Source: Eledone cirrhosa (lineage: Eukaryota). Taken from it: a stretch of 64,000 nucleotides of DNA. Both the position numbers and the translations under genes were made by a program. The number at the start of each line of letters is the position of its first letter. The first letter of the stretch is position 1. This document shows positions 59,020 through 64,000 of the stretch, piece after piece. Location of the stretch: NCBI GenBank assembly GCA_964016885.1, contig OZ024740.1:341930001-341994000 (forward strand), given 5' to 3'. The notes under the pieces were generated by a model. The model did no database searches, was not told the DNA's origin, and worked only from the letters and a program-made list of their open reading frames with translations.

Positions 59020-59305
59020 AGTATTTATTAAACAACAACAGAAGGCCAGACTGGAAAGTTTGCTTTAGAATTTTCATTCCACGAAATCACTATGGCCTAG
59101 CTCCATCATCCAATTATGATGCAAGACAGGACGATCTCATTAGGCGTCATCCACAGAATTACTTAACCCAAACATATAGTGGAAGATAGGGAAAAGAAAA
59201 TTGAAAATTTAATTCGGGGGAATGAGGCAGCCCCTGAATTTTTTCTTTTCTTTTCCTTATCTTCCAATACATGTTTGGGTTTAACGTTGTTGTTTAATAA
59301 ATATA
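59020..59305. repeat. Nested inverted repeats (fold-back element)
   Basis: Hairpin 59165-59281 (aacccaaacat..ggaagata / tatcttcc..atgtttgggtt) and outer arms tatttattaaacaacaac / gttgttgtttaataaata. Confidence 0.7.
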
Positions 59306-59414
59306 AATAGATACTCTTTTACTCTTTTTCCTGTTCCAGCCATCCAGGAGCACAAATAGGAGTTTGAAACATTATTTTGGAGTTACATTACATTCTGCAG
59401 ATACTTCATTACTA

Positions 59415-59530
59415 ACCATTGGTTGAGCTGAGGCTATAGTAGGAGACACTTGCCTAAGGTATCATGCAGTGAAACTGAACCGGAAAACACTTGATTCCAA
59501 AGTGAACTTCTTCACTACATAGCCATGTCT
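59415..59530 (-). mobile_element. Degenerate tRNA-derived SINE head
   Basis: Reverse complement: catggctatgtagtgaagaag..ggttcagtttcactgcatgataccttaggcaagtgtct. Confidence 0.55.
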
Positions 59531-59889
59531 GTATCTATCTATCTCTCTCTCTCTCTCTCTTATATATATATATATATGTATATAAACAGAAATAACAAAA
59601 CAAACAGCATAGTACGTGGAAGAAATATATTAGTTTAACACTTGAAATAGCAGGAAGAGAGTCTTAACATTTCAGACACTAGTCCTTCATTAGAAGATAG
59701 AGTTAGAAATAGAAGATAACTAGAAAGTAAAGATGAGAGGAAGGAACGGAAAATGAGAAAAAAAATTTGGGAGGAAAAGAAACACGTGTGTATTCAGTCG
59801 GCCATCTTGTTTTATATATATATATATATTATATATATATATATAACAGTGTAGTAGTTTGATTGCAGCATTGTGAGATAATAAAAATG

Positions 59890-60130
59890 GTTATATTTAG
59901 GAAACCACTACAATGCAAATGAGGTTGTAAATATGGTAACAAAATTGGAAGAAGAGAAATATACCATCCTTTATTAATGGACCCCTTGATAATAGATGGC
60001 ACATCCGAAATATTAGGACTAATAAATATTTCCAAGGTTATCTCTGATTCTTGTTTTTCTTCCTCTTCTCCTGATTTTGTTATTTTAATATTTACAACTC
60101 CACTTACATTGTAGTGGCTTCCTAGACACA
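59890..60130. repeat. Diverged inverted repeat (~70-bp arms)
   Basis: taggaaaccactacaatgcaaatgaggttgtaaatat versus atatttacaactccacttacattgtagtggcttccta. Confidence 0.65.
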
Positions 60131-60145
60131 GCCATTATATATATA

Positions 60146-60195
60146 TCATCATCATCGTTTAACGTCCATTTTCCACGCTCGCATGGGTCTGGAAG
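60146..60195 (-). mobile_element. RTE 3'-tail-only insertion (~50 bp)
   Basis: (ATC)n gtttaacgtccattttccacgctcgcatggg, flanked by (TA)n. Confidence 0.7.
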
Positions 60196-60294
60196 ATATA
60201 TATATATATATATTAAATAAAGTACAAGTCTGCACATATATAATAAGAATAAAGATCCCATAACTCCTTGTGGAGTCATAGAGGCACCGTCTAA

Positions 60295-60428
60295 CTTTTT
60301 TATCGACCTCGAAAGGATGAAAGGCAAAGTTGACCCCAGCGGGATTTGAACTCAGTGTGTAATGAGGTGGGACGACTACCGTAAAGCATTCTATCCGACG
60401 TCTTAATGACTCTGCCAATTCGCCGCTT
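60295..60428 (-). mobile_element. SINE (7469 family)
   Basis: ttttatcgacctcgaaaggatgaaaggcaaagttgaccccagcgggatttgaactcag...ctgccaattcgccgc. Confidence 0.8.
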
Positions 60429-60504
60429 ATATACAGTGTTCATTTAGATGTGTTAGTCAAGAATGACACTCCAAACAATTTGAGGGGAATGGAAAGCTGA
60501 TTAT

Positions 60505-60670
60505 ACCAACCCCAGTACTTAACAGTTACTTCATTTTATCGACCTTCCAAGAATGAAGGACAATGTTGACTTTGGTGGGATTTGAACTTAGAACATAAAC
60601 CGACGTAACTGAATGCTGCAAAGCCTTTTGTCCAACACTTTAACGATTCTCCCAATTCACTGCTCTCCTT
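60505..60670 (-). mobile_element. SINE (7469 family, diverged)
   Basis: cattttatcgaccttccaagaatgaagg..gttgactttggtgggatttgaacttagaac. Confidence 0.7.
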
Positions 60671-60959
60671 CATTGTGAATTAATAAATACATATATGAAA
60701 ACAGCTATACTTAATTTCACTGGTGAATGATAAGCACTTTGTTTTCTTGTAGTAATTTGACCATGTATAATCACAGTATAATCTGAAGAGCACCCCAGAC
60801 GTTGTTTGAAACTAACATTTTTCAAAACAAATAGTAGACTGTCCGATTCGTTTTGGTTTTTAAACATGTGCTAAAAATATAAGTCCCGTACATCTGCAAA
60901 GAAATTTCAACACAACTACAGCTTTCCAGTCATGACTGTCCTGTCTTTTAAACCTTTGT

Positions 60960-61125
60960 TCTAAACCCTAACTCCTAAATCTAAAACAAACTCAAACTCT
61001 GACCTAAACCCAACCTGACCCTAAACTCTAATCCCAATTTTATTCTGAAACTCTAATCCTAAACCTAAATTCCAACCTGTATTCTAATCCTAAACTCAAC
61101 CTGAAACCCAGATCATAACCCAACC
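60960..61125. repeat. Degenerate hexamer repeat (CCTAAA/CCTAAC-like)
   Basis: aaaccctaactcctaaatctaaa..cctaaacccaacc..cctaaacctaaa. Confidence 0.6.
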
Positions 61126-61569
61126 AATAATGCATATAAATTATGATCAATACCCACAAAACCAAAATGAATTTGATTGCTTGCTATTTGTTTCTAAAAA
61201 TTTCTTAAAGTCTGAGATTTCCAAAATTGAATAATTTTTTAGTGAAACAGGTTGAATATGTGTCAATGAAAATGTCATTTAAATCAGTATTTTATTCAGC
61301 AGTACTTATCCCATTCATTGTGATGTTTTGGACAAATAACTCACAGAGACTGACAGAAACAATAATAATAAATCAGAGAGGGAAGGGCAATACCCAGGAC
61401 CCTTTTTAGGGCCTCTGAGACTGATGGATGAAAGAAAGAGAGGTAGATATCCTCGAACCAGAGACTTAATTCGATTACTTGCAACAGAGTGGACTCCACT
61501 AAAATCACAGAAGGACCATGTGGCAGTTTTAAAGTACACCACAGCAAGATTTGAGCTCCAACCACTAAG

Positions 61570-61750
61570 AGCCTGAACAAATACTGCAAAGCATCTCATC
61601 TGATGCTTTACCAATTCCACCAGTTTGCCACCCTGGACTGGTACTCTATTTTATCAACCCTAAAAAGATGAAAAGCAAAGTTGGCCCCAGCAGGAATTGA
61701 ACTAAGAATGCATAGAGCTGGCACATATACTATAATGTATTTTGTCCTAC
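61570..61750 (-). mobile_element. Diverged SINE remnants (7469 family)
   Basis: actggtactctattttatcaaccctaaaaagatgaaaagcaaagttggccccagcaggaattgaact. Confidence 0.65.
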
Positions 61751-62499
61751 ACTTTAATTTCCATTAACCTTGCAGTTCATAATATCTATTTTGGAAACAA
61801 ATTCTGTGCGTTTCATTAATATACCTAGTGGACCTGTCATCAATTATGACGGCAATAGCATTAAACATATTTAAATTTTGGAGTCCAGGATTGGTATGCC
61901 ATATATACTAGTATTACTGGATATATGAAGACTCATACAAACTGTGAAATTTATGTTTTGATAAATGATAGGCTTGCATAAGAGAAACCCTCTAGTCCAT
62001 GTTGGTTATTGACATGTGGAAGCGATTAAAGATAAAATTGATATATTAAAATAGTAATATAGTTAATATGAACCATTGTGTATTTCTAGGATATTGCATA
62101 AAAATGTTCAGCATATATGTACAAATGACATACAAGATTAAATATACAAGTAACTTTGGAGAAATAACTATTTACAGACCAAATGTAGAGTTATAATTCA
62201 GGACTTTGTGCTTGAAAAGCGAATTTCTTATTTCAGCAATATGAGTGAGATAGGATATGCATTTTATGAGTGTGTATGTTTGTAAATCTAAATTTAAAGA
62301 GTTACATCTTTGACTTATTTCCCTTTGTTATACCATGTTTTCATAAAGAAGTGTTTAACTTGCTATATTTCAACTTCAACTAGGCCACAAATTTGATAAC
62401 TCTTACAATCTGGAGAGATGGTCAAAACTGGGCCTGGAAATCTTACGAAGCGCTTTTGTTCCATGTATAAATATAAATGAATAATATATATATATATAT

Positions 62500-62668
62500 A
62501 ATTTGAGTCTGTGTTGGTTAATCATCGACACTTCAGTATGCAGGATAGAGCACTCGATGAAGTGCGCAGGTGTGTCTGTTTACTCCAAAGTATATTTATA
62601 AACAAGAAGTGTAGGTCAACAGGTTAAAACAAGGTTAATTTTAACCTGTTGACTTACACTTCTTTTTA
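62500..62668 (-). mobile_element. Shorter sibling of the 58455 element with its own fold-back
   Basis: Same left end (aatttgagt.tgtgttggtt.at.a..gacacttcagtatgcagg); arms aagaagtgtaggtcaacaggttaaaa / ttttaacctgttgacttacacttctt. Confidence 0.75.
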
Positions 62669-64000
62669 TACACACACACACATGCGTGTGTATGTACCAA
62701 CACTCATGGTGTATTATTAAAGTTGATAGTTTTTAATGCAGCTTTTGTTGTGATTTTTTGTGGGGGGTTTTCTTCCTACTTGAAAATACATTTATATTCC
62801 GGGCTCATGGACCCTCACCCCCTAAACATGATAAAATAGAAATAAAAGTGATTGAGAAAAAATAAGATTTGAACCTATGGTGTCAAACTTTGATCTTGCA
62901 GGGATAGCTGTTTGTTAAATTCATATTTGATAGTTGACAAAGTTGTCCAATACTGACAAGAGACAAAGTACTTAAGTGAAATAAAGATTCTACTAAAATA
63001 TGTCTTTTTGACCTATTAGCAGTAGAAGTTGATCAGCACAAGTGAATTTTTCTATCCCTTTGAAAGTTAATTTAACTTTGTTTTGGTGTTGTTATGGTGT
63101 ATAAAATTAAAGTTGTTTTTTCTTCACACTATATAATGCCTAGTTCTTGTATTTAATTGTTTTGAGGAAACTTTTTAGGAGTATTGTGTGAATAAATATT
63201 TATGGATTTAGATATTATTAGCAATGCAGATTTTCTTTTTCTTTTAAATCTGTATTATTGATGTCTTCTAAACTCAATAAATTATATTTACAGTGCTTCT
63301 AAAAGGTTTCTTTAAAATCAATCAAATATATCAATTGTTGTTATTTGGCTGAAAATCAATAATATAATAGTAAAATGGAGAGATCCTAGCTAGGGTTGTT
63401 ACAGAAATGTTTTTGATCAGAGACTAGGTTAGGAATGAACGTGCAGTCAATAACAAATTGAAATCTCTGGTATGTGTCTTCAGTAGTAAAATTCAGTGTT
63501 TTATGTAATAGTATAATTTCTGTGAACAATAGAATCTTAAAAGTTATAACCATTTGCTATCTTCAAATGTTTATGGTATTTCCTATTTCACAAATCACTT
63601 CAAATTATGTCTAAATCTCTCATTATTTTCTCTGAGTTCAGGGATTCCCAACTTTTTTTTATTTTGTTTAGCACATAGTACCCTTTAGAAAATAAATTTA
63701 CACCCCCCTATTTTGTTTAGTAATTTGAACTTCCGTCTCTACCATAATAACAATAATAGCACAAAACAACCTTATTTCACTTATGAACAACTAATAATAA
63801 ACAGATACTGGTACTAAAGCCAAATACAGTCAGTTAATATATATATACATGGATGAGATTCATCCTGATAATCAAACCTAAAACCATAGAAAGAAAAGAA
63901 ATTAGTATCTTAATAAACAAAATAGGCCTACTTCAGATTTTCTTATCAACTTCAAATTGATTTTAATTATTACTGTTAAAATAATGTAGCCCTGACTTAC

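Noticed and set aside
60960-61125. Interstitial telomere
   Set aside because: Too degenerate; at most isolated CCCTAA units, with no clean (TTAGGG)n array

Overview
This is an AT-rich animal genomic window with no recognisable host gene; its SINE and RTE content suggests a cephalopod-like genome, which is an inference. It is a graveyard and active hotspot of retroelements sitting in kilobase-scale (TA)n tracts. It holds three young RTE-clade LINE families plus older RTE relics, three copies of a CR1-group LINE (one full-length and intact), several tRNA-derived SINEs and a 200-N scaffold gap. Main highlight: a nearly perfect 468-bp tandem array (about 11.8 units, 24441-29980) in which every unit carries a minimal type I hammerhead ribozyme on the minus strand and which ends in a fold-back inversion, i.e. 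a retrozyme-like rolling-circle insertion. Several other small hammerhead-plus-fold-back (Penelope-type) elements occur, one with a compensatory U3-A8 core. The intact CR1-group LINE has an AUG-less ORF2 in the -1 frame behind two in-frame slippery heptamers, and an unusual Myb-like/polyQ/2xCCCH ORF1. A covarying pseudoknot/hairpin RNA module is shared by RTE 5' UTRs, RTE 3' UTRs and a SINE. All Y/I/M/C-rich ORFs in the track are microsatellite artefacts. Coordinates were read by eye and element ends may be off by a few bases.
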